Source: an uncultured Gemmatimonadales bacterium (GTDB lineage Bacteria; Gemmatimonadota; Gemmatimonadetes; Gemmatimonadales; GWC2-71-9). From it: a stretch of DNA of 64,000 nt. The position numbers and the translations under genes are program-made. Positions 10,100-20,099 of the stretch are shown here, piece by piece (position 1 is the first letter of the stretch; every line of letters starts with the position of its first letter). The stretch spans positions 448,001-512,000 of the forward strand of contig CAWGED010000005.1 in NCBI GenBank assembly GCA_963821525.1. The letters run 5' to 3'. Under the pieces are notes generated by a model that was not told the DNA's origin, did no database searches, and saw nothing but the letters and a program-made list of their open reading frames with translations.

Positions 10100-11061
10100 A
10101 TGAAGCCCCAAAGACCGGAACGGAAGGAGGCAACATCCCATACCTGACCTTCGGCGACCACGCACTGGCCACGCTGCGGGAACGGCGGCAGAAGATGGCG
10201 GAGCGGGAAAAGAAGGCCGCCAGCGATCCTTCCTCGGATCGCATTCACGATTTTCGAGTGGCTTGCCGCCGGATGAACAGCGCGATGACCGCCTGCGCCG
10301 CCGCAGTCGACCTTCCTCCCAAGGTCAGTCCGAAATACCTGACCCGACTGGTGAAAGTGGTGGGGAGACTGCGTGACCTGGACGTGCAGGAGAAGGTCCT
10401 CACCGAGGAAGTCGCGCCGGTGCTGGGGACGGAGGCCGAACCGGTACTGGAGCCGACTCGGAACGACTTGCGTCAACGTCGCAACGAGGCGGAACGAAAA
10501 GTCACTCGCGCTCTCACTCGACCGCGCCATCATCGTTTTGCGTCGGCCTTGGATGACTGGCTGGACCAGCCAGAGCTCACCCATGTGGCGACACTTCCTC
10601 TGGAGGCGGTTCGAGCGGACATCCTGCTTCCCGCTCTGGCGGCACTCCTACTCCACGAGGCCTGGCCGATTGATCTGCAGGAGGCTCTGGGCGCCGGTGC
10701 CCCTCAGCTTCACGACCTGCGGAAGACCGCTCGACGGATGCGCTACCTCGGCGAATGCTTCGAGGGGAGCTACGGGCCTGAGTTTGCCGCTTGGCTCGGC
10801 GAACTGGCACGGGTCCAGGATACTCTGGGCTCGCTCCACGATTCCCAGCTGCTGATTGACTACCTCTCTGATCTTCACGGGCCCAGCGTCACGCCGCGCC
10901 TGTCAGAGGCAGTGCGCGCGCGCCAGCAGCGGGCGCTGGCCGATTGGAGCGAGCTGCGGGCTCGCTACCTCGATCCCCGTTGGCGGGCCGACCTCCGGGC
11001 CATCGTGCTGGGACCGGCCAGCGCGCCGGCCAACACCCAGAGCGACACGACCACCCGCTGA
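10100..11061 (+). CDS. CHAD domain protein (polyphosphate-binding family)
   Basis: IHDFRVACRR, VGRLRDLDV, LHDLRKTARRMRY, QDTLGSLHD; start uncertain (probable indel near 10140). Confidence 0.85.
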
Positions 11062-11082
11062 ACCTCTGGCGCGACCAGTCCG

Positions 11083-12078
11083 ATGCGTGCGATGGTGCTG
11101 GACTCCGCAGCCCAACTTACCGAACGAAATCTGCCGCTCCCCGAGCCAGGCCCTCGCCAGGTCCGGGTACGGGTCATCGCGTGCGGCGTCTGCCGCACCG
11201 ACCTGCACATTCGGGACGCCGAGCTTCACCCTCCCCGGCTGCCGCTTGTGCTCGGTCATGAAGTGGTGGGGACAGTAGAGGCGGTGGGTTCGCAGGCATC
11301 GCGCTTTGCTGCGGGAGCGCGGGTGGGAATTCCCTGGCTGGGTTCAACCTGCGGGGTCTGCGAGTTCTGCCGCCGCGGCGAGGAAAATCTTTGCGATCAA
11401 GCCAGGTTCACCGGTTTCCATATGGACGGGGGATACGCGGAGTTTACCCTGGCGGACGAACGGTACTGCCACACCATTCCGGCTCGTTACGGAGACGTAC
11501 AAGCGGCGCCTTTGCTGTGCGCTGGTCTCATCGGTTTCCGTGCCTTGCGTGCCGCCGGAGATCCGAAGCGAATCGGCCTGTACGGGTTCGGAGCGTCGGC
11601 CCACATTATCGCACAGATCGCGAAGGGACAGGGCAGAGAGGTGTTCGCCTTTACCCGGGGTGGCGATGTCGAAGGACAGAAGTTTGCCTTGTCGCTTGGA
11701 GCAACCTGGGCCGGCGGCTCGGACCAATCGCCGCCGGAGCCGCTCGACGCGGCGATCATCTTTGCCCCGGTGGGCTCCCTCGTTCCAACAGCGCTGAAGG
11801 CGGTCCGAAAGGGCGGCTCCGTCGTGTGCGCCGGGATTCACATGTCGGACATCCCGGCCTTCCCCTATGACATCCTGTGGGGTGAACGCTCGGTCCGGTC
11901 GGTGGCCAACCTCACCCGGAAGGACGGCGAGGATTTCTTCCGAATTGTGGAGCAGATCCCGGTTCACACCACAACGGAGACATTTCCGCTTGGTGAAGCC
12001 GAGACGGCGCTTCGCACGCTGCGTCAGGGGAAGCTCAAGGGGGCCGCGGTGTTGCAGGTGGCTGTCGGTGGTTTGTAG
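11083..12078 (+). CDS. Zinc-dependent alcohol dehydrogenase family protein
   Basis: CGVCRTDLH, GHEVVG, CGVCEFC...NLC, LCAGLIG, GLYGFG. Confidence 0.93.
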   Translation: MRAMVLDSAAQLTERNLPLPEPGPRQVRVRVIACGVCRTDLHIRDAELHPPRLPLVLGHEVVGTVEAVGSQASRFAAGARVGIPWLGSTCGVCEFCRRGEENLCDQARFTGFHMDGGYAEFTLADERYCHTIPARYGDVQAAPLLCAGLIGFRALRAAGDPKRIGLYGFGASAHIIAQIAKGQGREVFAFTRGGDVEGQKFALSLGATWAGGSDQSPPEPLDAAIIFAPVGSLVPTALKAVRKGGSVVCAGIHMSDIPAFPYDILWGERSVRSVANLTRKDGEDFFRIVEQIPVHTTTETFPLGEAETALRTLRQGKLKGAAVLQVAVGGL

Positions 12079-12175
12079 TCAATAGTCGATGGTCGATAGT
12101 CAGCAGTCTGTTGACCAGGGGCCAACGACCACTGACCACCGCCATATGACCATCGACTATCGACCATCGACCACT
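12076..12175. repeat. Palindrome of 7-nt tandem repeats (TRGTCGA / GACYATC)
   Basis: Left arm tagtcaa-tagtcga-tggtcga-tagtcag, right arm gaccatc-gactatc-gaccatc-gaccact, between convergent genes. Confidence 0.85.
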
Positions 12176-13809
12176 CAGAAAGGCTTAAACCCCGGACTCC
12201 CGTATCGAGTCAGGTGCAGGATATCCCAGATCGGCACCACGTAGGCGATCAGCACCAGCACAACCGCCACGGCGAACCAGAGGCCCAGACGGTCCCACAC
12301 GGTGACCCGGTATCCCCCTGCCGGAGTGCCGAGCGATTCGGCCCAGACGATTGGCTCCGGTTCGATCGGCTTGCCAGCTAACAGCGTCCCCAGCATCACG
12401 AGCACGAAGAACCCAGCGCTGGCGAAGAGTACGACTCCGCCCAGGGCTGAGATCGTCGTCAATCCCTCCCACATGTGCGCCTGCGGCGCGCCGGCGTAAT
12501 CCGTGGTGAACACCCGGCGCGGCAGTCCCATCAACCCGGCGATGTGTCCAGTGAAGGAGAACAGCGCCATGCCGAGGAACCAGAGATAGGGCTGCACCTT
12601 GGCGAGGAGGCCCAGCTCGAGCGATCGGCCGCTCACCTTGGGCACCAACCAGTAGCAGGTTCCCATGAAGGTGAGGGCAGCAGCGCTCCCCACCGTGAGA
12701 TGGAAGTGGGCCGCGATCCAGGCGGTGTTGTGCACGACCGAGTTGAGCATGTAGGCCGCGTTTACCGCCCCGCCGAATCCGCCCACCATGAAGAGCAGAC
12801 AGGCCAGGAGAACGCTCGCCACCATGGGATTGCCCCAGGGCAGGGTACGAATCCAGCCGAACAAACCCTTCCCGCCTCGCAGCCGTCCCGCGACTTCCAG
12901 CGACGCCACGATGGTAAAGGCCGTCACGAAGCTGGGGAACGAAATGATCATGGTGTTGAACGTGTGCAGGAGCTTCCAGCTCGCGGGGATACCCGGATCC
13001 TGGAACTGGTGGTGAAGACCGACCGGAGTGGACAGGATCAGAAAGAGCGAGAAGACCATTCGCCCCAGCGGCTCGGAGAACAGTTTGCCGCCGGCTTCGC
13101 GGGGAAGGACGGTATACCAGATCGTGTAAGCGGGGAGGACCCAGAAATACACCAGTGGGTGGCCGAAGTACCAGAACAGAGTCCGTGCCAGAAGCGGATC
13201 GATCGTCTTGCTCAATCCCAGCGACCACGGGATGAGCTGAAAGAGCATCTCCGAGGCCACACCGATCGTGGCGAGGGCCCAGAGCATGGCGTTCGCCACG
13301 GTGCCGTGAAGCGCCAGGCTCACTGGCCGGTCGGGATGAGCCGCCTTGGCCTGCCGCCACGAAGCAATCATGATGGCCACCCATCCCCATGAGCCCACCA
13401 CGAGCAGCGTAAGGCCGATGTAGAAGAGCGGATGAGCCTGGAGCGGCGGGTAGAAGGTGTAGAGCACGCTCGACTTGAAGGCGAACACCGTAGCCAGCGC
13501 CATCACCACGCCCGCCAGGCTCACGAAGTAGCAGGTCCAGGCCAACCTGGGCCATTTGATCGCGCCGATCTCCTGGCGGGCAATGACGTACCCCAGGGCC
13601 ATGATGAAGAAGGTGGTGAACACCAGCGCCATCAGCACGCCATGCGCCGTCACCGACATGTAGTACATCCGCGCAGTCCGGAACGGCAGATCCAGGTTGG
13701 CCCGGCTGATCGCCTGCATCATGGCCATCGCCGCGGCCACGCCAAAGGCGAGGACCGCAACCCAGATGTGGGCCAGGATCAGCCTTCTGCCCTCTTGGTT
13801 AGTGGTCAT
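12175..13809 (-). CDS. cbaA: B-family (ba3-type) heme-copper oxygen reductase subunit I
   Basis: TAHG, FWYFGHPLVYFW (crosslink Tyr present), GLHH, HNT, HFH, PRR. Confidence 0.9.
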   Translation of the reverse strand: MTTNQEGRRLILAHIWVAVLAFGVAAAMAMMQAISRANLDLPFRTARMYYMSVTAHGVLMALVFTTFFIMALGYVIARQEIGAIKWPRLAWTCYFVSLAGVVMALATVFAFKSSVLYTFYPPLQAHPLFYIGLTLLVVGSWGWVAIMIASWRQAKAAHPDRPVSLALHGTVANAMLWALATIGVASEMLFQLIPWSLGLSKTIDPLLARTLFWYFGHPLVYFWVLPAYTIWYTVLPREAGGKLFSEPLGRMVFSLFLILSTPVGLHHQFQDPGIPASWKLLHTFNTMIISFPSFVTAFTIVASLEVAGRLRGGKGLFGWIRTLPWGNPMVASVLLACLLFMVGGFGGAVNAAYMLNSVVHNTAWIAAHFHLTVGSAAALTFMGTCYWLVPKVSGRSLELGLLAKVQPYLWFLGMALFSFTGHIAGLMGLPRRVFTTDYAGAPQAHMWEGLTTISALGGVVLFASAGFFVLVMLGTLLAGKPIEPEPIVWAESLGTPAGGYRVTVWDRLGLWFAVAVVLVLIAYVVPIWDILHLTRYGSPGFKPF

Positions 13810-14333
13810 GGGACACCTCGCTCTCCGGCTGCACGGCTACCTGCGGCGCCTTCCACTCCGCCTTGGGCACTACCTGCATCTTGGCCATCATGCCCTGGTG
13901 CCCGATGCCGCAGTATTCGTTGCACGCGATCAGGTACTCGCCCGGCTGGTTGAACTGGGTCGTGAACTGGCTGATGTATCCGGGAACCACCATGGACTGT
14001 CCGTTGGTGCGGACAATCTCGAAGCCGTGCGTTACGTCGATCGACGTGAGATGAAAGGTCACCGGCGTCTCGGCCGGCACCGAGAACTCCGGCGGCAGCC
14101 AGGTGAACATCAGGGCGATGATGTCGGCGTGTACCCGACCCTCGCTGTCCAGACGGACACCCTGCGGGGTGAATCGCGGATCCTTCATCGCCGCCTGGGG
14201 ATCGATCGTCTCCACGTGGCTGGGCGGCTGGAAATGGTGGCCGAGGGCGGAGATCGCAGTCGTCGTGAAGAACAGTGACGAGCACCACGCCGACGCCCCA
14301 CATCCAGATCCGCTCGTAGAGGTCGACCTTCAT
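13799..14333 (-). CDS. cbaB: ba3-type oxidase subunit II (CuA), frameshift near 14270
   Basis: MKVDLYERIW N-terminus plus one TM helix; DVTHGF and CNEYCGIGHQGM CuA motif. Confidence 0.88.
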
Positions 14334-14470
14334 GGCGTCACCGGCTGGCGGGCCAGGTAGATGTAGATGTAGATCGCGAACCATCCGATGACGAACAGCA
14401 CTGCGTAGGCGCCTACGAAGGCGAAGGTCCCGATCGGATGCTCGGGCAGGCCTGGAGGCATTTCAGACAT
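14330..14470 (-). CDS. cbaD: ba3-type oxidase small subunit IIa (46 aa)
   Basis: Manual translation MSEMPPGLPEHPIGTFAFVGAYAVLFVIGWFAIYIYIYLARQPVTP*; single TM helix; stop overlaps the subunit II start (ATGA). Confidence 0.75.
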   Translation of the reverse strand: MSEMPPGLPEHPIGTFAFVGAYAVLFVIGWFAIYIYIYLARQPVTP

Positions 14471-14569
14471 AAGGCCTCGGCTGAAGGGGAAAGCGATGGA
14501 GTTGGGCGGAACGACTCAGTATGTCGGGACGATTCATGAAGCCGATCCCAGAATAATGTGAAGCGCGAT

Positions 14570-16325
14570 TCAGGACTCCGCGACCCCGCGCGGGTGCCGC
14601 CTCCGCTCGCCATGCGGCGTTTCCCGGGCGACGGTGGGCTCGGCAAAGGCCGGCCGTTCGGCGGTTGAGAGTCCCAGGTAGACCCGGGCCCGGTTCAGGG
14701 CGTCATCCAGGTTCCCGCACACATTCGCTTCGCCCAGCTCGTCGTAAAAGCCTGAATTGGTGAGGGCCACGACCGGTTGGGAGTGCACGTCGGAGAGGAT
14801 CACGAGCGTGCCCTCTCGGCGGCTCCGGTTTACCACGTCCCGAAGCGCGGCCAGACCCGTCGAATCAATGGCCGGGACCCTGCGCATGCGGATGATCAGG
14901 ACCTTCGGGCGTTTCGCCACCGACCCGACAGTATCCTTAAAGGTCTCCGCCGCGCCGAAGAAGAACGGCCCATCAATCTCGTAGACGTCCACCCCGGCCG
15001 GGATCTCGCGACGGTTGGTGGCATTGGGGTCCCATTTCTCCTCTTCATCCCCATTGAGGAACTCCCGATTCACCAGGCTGATATTCGTCACCTCCGCCAT
15101 TCGTTTCATGAAGAGGAAGGCGGCCAGGACCATCCCGACCTCGACCGCCACCGTGAGGTCCACCAGGACAGTCAGGGTGAAGGTCGTGAGGAGCACTGCC
15201 ACGTCGCTCTTGGGTGCACGCAATTCTCCCCGAAAGCGGCCGAGTTCGCTCATGTGGTAGCTCACCACGACCAGAATCGCCGCCAAGACGGCCATCGGTA
15301 TCAGCCCGGCCCAGCGTCCGAAGAACAAGGTGATGAGTAGGAGGGTGAGGGCGTGGATCATGCCCGCCACCGGGGTCCGGCCCCCGTTCTTTACGTTGGT
15401 GGCCGTCCTCGCGATGGCGCCGGTCGCCGGGATGCCGCCGAACACGTGGCGAGGCGAGGTTCGCGATCCCCTGTGCCACCAGCTCCATGTTGGAGCGATG
15501 CCGCGAGCCGATCATGCCGTCCGACACCACTGCCGACAGCAGGGACTCGATGCCGGCCAGCATCGCGATGGTGAAAGCCGGGGCGACTAAGCCTCGCATG
15601 GTTTCCCACGACGTGCTCGGCAGGCTGGGCCTCGGAAGCGATGCGTGGATCTCCCCAAACCGATCTCCAATCGTTTCCACCGGCAGGTGGAAGAGCTGCA
15701 CCAGTGCCGTCATGGCGACCAGCGCAACGAAGGGCGCGGGGATCCGTCGGCTCAGCCGAGGCCACAGCAGGATGATCGCCAACGAGGCGAGCGAGACCCC
15801 TGCCGCAGTCCAGTTGACCGCACCGGCGTGCTGGGCGTAGACCTGCCACTTCCCGACGAAATCCGCCGGAACCGAGCCCATCTGAAGTCCCAGCAGGTCC
15901 TTCACCTGGCCGGAGAAGATGATCAGGGCGATGCCGGAGGTGAATCCGAGAGTGACCGGGTATGGGATGAACTTGATGGCCCCGCCGAGTCGGGCGAGTC
16001 CCATGACGATAAGGATGACGCCCGCCATCAAAGTCGCGACCCACAATCCGTCGAGCCCGTGCTGCTGGACGATTCCGTAGACAATCACGACGAAGGCGCC
16101 GGTCGGTCCCCCGATCTGCACCCGGGAGCCGCCCAGCGCCGAGATGATGAATCCCGCGATGATCGCCGTGTAGAGGCCGCGCTCAGGCGTTACCCCGCTG
16201 GCGATGGCGAAGGCGATGGCCAATGGCAGCGCGACAATTCCGACTACGATTCCGGCGATTAGGTCTGCGGTGAACTGCTGGCGGGTATAGCCCTTCAGTG
16301 TGGTCGCGATTTTGGGGAGAAGCAT
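14570..16325 (-). CDS. SulP/SLC26 anion permease with STAS domain (frameshift near 15450)
   Basis: [59 protein letters not shown]. Confidence 0.92.
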
Positions 16326-16365
16326 CGGCAATGGGGTCAGAGAATGCCAACCCGTGCATCACGCA

Positions 16366-16818
16366 CTATTCTCGTCGTTGCTCGGTACTCGGTACTCGGT
16401 ACTCGGTACTCGGTACTCGGTATCGGTACCTATCCCTCTCCTCCACCGGTCGAATGCAGAGATCGAACGCCAGAAAGAGGCTCCTCGCAAACGGCCAAAA
16501 CAGAAATGGGGTGATCAGGGCTTCGAGCGGCCCCACGTATTGCAGGGTATCCCAGGGCGGGTTGGGCCAGGTTGCGATGACGGTGCCCACGAACACCATC
16601 GTCGAAAAGCCTTCCGCCATGAGGAGGTTGAACCAGAGCGCTCCGAGGGTGTAGCCGTCCTCGCCCCGGGTAGTGCGCAACCCGCAATTCGGGCAGCGGT
16701 CTACCATCCGGAACCAGCCATGGAACATGGGACCGCCACCGCAGGCGGGACACCGGCGACGAAGAGCACGCAGAAACATCGTGCGCTTCTGGGGAACAGG
16801 ATGAGCGGCGACCGCCAT
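16366..16818 (-). CDS. DUF983-like zinc-ribbon membrane protein
   Basis: RCPACGGGPMF...RCPNCG followed by two TM helices; start approximate. Confidence 0.75.
   Translation of the reverse strand: MAVAAHPVPQKRTMFLRALRRRCPACGGGPMFHGWFRMVDRCPNCGLRTTRGEDGYTLGALWFNLLMAEGFSTMVFVGTVIATWPNPPWDTLQYVGPLEALITPFLFWPFARSLFLAFDLCIRPVEERDRYRYRVPSTEYRVPSTEQRRE
16381..16428. repeat. Tandem heptamer (CTCGGTA)x6 plus one partial unit
   Basis: Read directly from the sequence. Confidence 0.95.
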
Positions 16819-16903
16819 GGCAGCGAGCCTGATCGAGTGCGAGAGAGGCTGCAATATAAATCCTTACCTTGGCAGCCGAGATGGGTTGGGACTATGATGT
16901 GAC

Positions 16904-18159
16904 ATGGATTGGGTGAATCTGGCGGTGGCGGCGCTGATCGGACTCGTTGTCGGAATCGAACGGGAATGGTCGGGTCACGCCTCAGGGCCGCACGCCCGGT
17001 TCGCGGGAGTCAGGACGTTTTTCCTGTTGGGCATCGTTGGCGGCGCGGCGGGCCTGCTGATCGAGAGCAACGCGGAGTTTACCGCCGGAATCCTGCTCGC
17101 GGGCGGGGCGGCCTTGGCGGTCGCGGCGTACCTGATGGCGGCCCGCCGCGGTCCCGAGTCGATCGAGGGCACGACCGAAACCGCGGCGATCGCGGTGCTG
17201 GCGCTCGGAGCCTTGGCCGGTACCGGGGCGACCAAGCTCGCCGCAGCGGTCGGTGCCGTGATCGTCCTGGCCTTGCGGGAGAAGACCGCACTGCATCGGC
17301 TGATTGGCCGCATCGACGACGTCGAGCTGCGCGCCGCCTTCCAATTCGCTGTTCTCGCCCTTGTCATCCTGCCGCTCCTTCCCACCGGCCCATACGGCCC
17401 GCTGGGCGGCGTCGAGCCTCGCAAGCTGTGGCTCGTGGTCCTCATCATGTCCGGCCTCAGCTACATCGGTTACGTGGCGCGCCGCGTCGTGGGTGCCAGC
17501 CACGGATACGCGGTGACCGGGCTCCTCGGCGGCGTGGTCTCCTCCACCGCGGTAACTCTCACCTTCTCTCGCCGCAGCCGGGACCATCCGGCGCTGGGTG
17601 GTCCGCTGGCGATCGGAGTAATCGGTGCCTGTACCGTTCTCGTGTTGCGCGTGCTGGTCGTCACACTCGCCCTCAACCGCGCGCTGGCACTCCCCCTCAT
17701 CCCCTTCCTGGTCCCGCCATTTGTAATCGGGAGCCGCCTGGGTTGTCATTTCGCTTTTGCGGACCCGCGGCAAGGCTGCGCGCGAAAAGGACGATGAGGG
17801 GTCCCGCAATCCGCTTGCGACTGGGCTCCGCGATCGTCATGGCGCTGGGATTCCAGGCCGTGCTCATTCTCGTCGCGTTTGTCCGGCAACGGTTCGGTGA
17901 CAACGGGGTGCTCCCCACCGCGGCGCTGCTGGGCCTGACCGACATGGATGCGCTCACCCTCGCGATGAACCGGCTGGGGAAGAACGAGGAGACTCTGGGT
18001 CTCGCGGCCCGGGCCCTGGCGATCGGAATTCTCTCCAACACGGTTCTCAAATTGGGGATCGCGATGGTGCTGGGTCGCGGGCGCTTCAGACTTGGGGCCG
18101 CCCTGGGGCTGATTTCGCTCGGATTGGGGTCGCTTCTTGGTCTCTGGGTGTTCTGGTGA
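16904..18159 (+). CDS. MgtC/SapB-DUF4010 membrane protein (frameshifted)
   Basis: IGLVVGIERE, AGVRTF, GTTE, GGVVSSTAVT, GLTDMDA. Confidence 0.85.
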
Positions 18160-18268
18160 GGGGGAGCCGGACGTCAGGCAGGGCAAGTACCCCGCTGTTC
18201 TCATCCTCGCTTCATCCCTTCCTCATGAGCTGGGCCGCACTTTTCCTCAGGTTCAACTCGAGGGTCAT

Positions 18269-18922
18269 ATGGATCTCTATACACGTTCCGAGGCTGGTCG
18301 TCGGCTGGCGAAAGTCCTGGCTCCTTGGGAATTCGAGCAGCCGCTCATTTTCGCATTGTCTGCGGGTGGCGCCCGGGTCGCCTTCGAGGTCGCCCAGCGA
18401 TTCGGGGCGCCGCTGGACCTGGTTTCGGCCCGCAAGCTGGAGGTTCCCGGTCGCTGGCGGTCGGCATTTGGTGCGATAACGCCCAGGTCGATGCGGATCT
18501 CCCGCCCGCAGATGAAAGCCTTGGCTCTCCCCAAGCCATACGTGAAGGACTTGGTCCAGCGGGAGGAGCGGGAAGCCATGTTGGAGGAGCGGGCCCACCG
18601 TGGGGCTGCCGAGCCTCTCGAATTGGAGGATCGGCTCGTCATCCTGGTCGACGATGGTCTGGCTGATCCGATGGTCGTGAGCGCCGGGATCGCATCGCTT
18701 CGGGCCCGTCATCCGGCTCGGCTTTTCCTCGCGGTTCCTTTTGCCTCGCCCGAGCTCAAGCTGGCGGTGAGGCGTATGGTTGATCGTCTGGTAGTCGATC
18801 GGGAATCCGACGATCAGCCCGCAATGCTCATTTGTGACGAGTGCTTCATCCAGACGACCTGGGAAGATGTGCGTCGGATGGTGGAGCTTTCTCGCCAGCA
18901 GGTCGAACTGCTCCCCGCATAG
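18269..18922 (+). CDS. Phosphoribosyltransferase family protein (Rv0571c/Rv2030c-like)
   Basis: RSEAGRRLA, GGARVAFEVA, RKL, VILVDDGLA. Confidence 0.8.
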   Translation: MDLYTRSEAGRRLAKVLAPWEFEQPLIFALSAGGARVAFEVAQRFGAPLDLVSARKLEVPGRWRSAFGAITPRSMRISRPQMKALALPKPYVKDLVQREEREAMLEERAHRGAAEPLELEDRLVILVDDGLADPMVVSAGIASLRARHPARLFLAVPFASPELKLAVRRMVDRLVVDRESDDQPAMLICDECFIQTTWEDVRRMVELSRQQVELLPA

Positions 18923-19034
18923 CTGCTGCCGGGTTGGGGATTCACGCTTTTCTCTGCTTCCCAAGTGACCCGAAAACTTTCGCCCCGCCTGAGGCTGGCG
19001 GGGCGAATGAGCGGTGTACGAGACCGAAGAGGGC

Positions 19035-19496
19035 TCAGCCCTTGATCAAGATCTTGTTCTTGATTGCGGGCTCGATCTTCGGAAGCCGGACGACCAGAAT
19101 TCCGTCCTGATAGGTCGCTTCGATCTTGTTGGCCTCAACCGCCTTGGGAAGCCGAATGGTCCGGACGAACTTCCCGGTCTCGGTCTCCTCCCACAGGTAA
19201 TTCTCGATCTCTTCCTTCTTCCCCATCTCCCGGTGGCCCGTCAGCGTCAGCACGGCGCCTTCGAGCTGCACATCCAGGTTCTCCCGCGGTACACCGGGCA
19301 CTTCCAGACGCACGACATACTCCTTCTCCTTCTCGACCAGATCCAGCGCCGGCATCCAGGCGAATTCCCTGGTCCGCAGCGCCGGCGGCTCAAACCCGAC
19401 TGGCGCGAATGGGAAGGCGGGCCCGAAGAAGCGATCGAACACTTCCTCAAACTCCCTCTTGATCGGTGCCACATTGGGCAGCTTGGCGACTTTCAT
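19035..19496 (-). CDS. Hsp20/alpha-crystallin small heat shock protein
   Basis: [39 protein letters not shown]. Confidence 0.93.
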   Translation of the reverse strand: MKVAKLPNVAPIKREFEEVFDRFFGPAFPFAPVGFEPPALRTREFAWMPALDLVEKEKEYVVRLEVPGVPRENLDVQLEGAVLTLTGHREMGKKEEIENYLWEETETGKFVRTIRLPKAVEANKIEATYQDGILVVRLPKIEPAIKNKILIKG

Positions 19497-19599
19497 ATGA
19501 CCTCCCCGCTGAAGACGTTGCTTTCCTGCCTGCTGAGCCCCCACGGCTCGACTACGGGGAGCAATATCGCAGGGGGGCAATGAAGCCCGACTGAAACGC

Positions 19600-20068
19600 G
19601 AGATAAGGGCTCATCATGGTTTTGTGACTCGGCTTGGGCTGGATCGACTGGTGGCTGATGACCCAGACATAGGACGTCGACCGCGTCGACCTGGGCATCG
19701 GTCAACTCGCTCATCCCGCGGATCGGCATGGTGGTTCCCCTGGTCGATTCGTCCCGTGGAATCCCGTGCAGCACCCGGGACCGGATGGCCCGCCAGGTAT
19801 CGGCGCCGTGCATCCAGACGCCCTGCGCCAAAGGCGCCCCGCTGTCGGTTCCACCACCTTCCATGCCGTGACATGCGTAGCAGCCTCCCACACCTTGGAA
19901 GATCCGGCGTCCTTCGGCCACAGCAGAGTCGGTGACCTCCGGTGGGCGGGCGGCCGGGTCCTGCCCGAATGCGAGCGACGCCATCAGGAGCTGGGCGGCA
20001 ATCAGGGGCGCCATTAGCCGGAGGGCAGACTGGGCCCTCATGAATGGCAGGCTGAAGACAGAGCGCAT
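19600..20068 (-). CDS. Monoheme cytochrome c with signal peptide (frameshift near the 3' end)
   Basis: GGAGG RBS; CYACHG; MPIRG distal Met; 3' end approximate. Confidence 0.75.
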
Positions 20069-20099
20069 GATCACCTCCCGGACTGGCCCCGTAAGTGAG

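Noticed and set aside
12175..13809. Alternative nitric oxide reductase (eNOR/bNOR/sNOR-type) next to nos
   Set aside because: The active-site HPLVY Tyr is retained, as in O2-reducing B-family enzymes; NOR derivatives replace it
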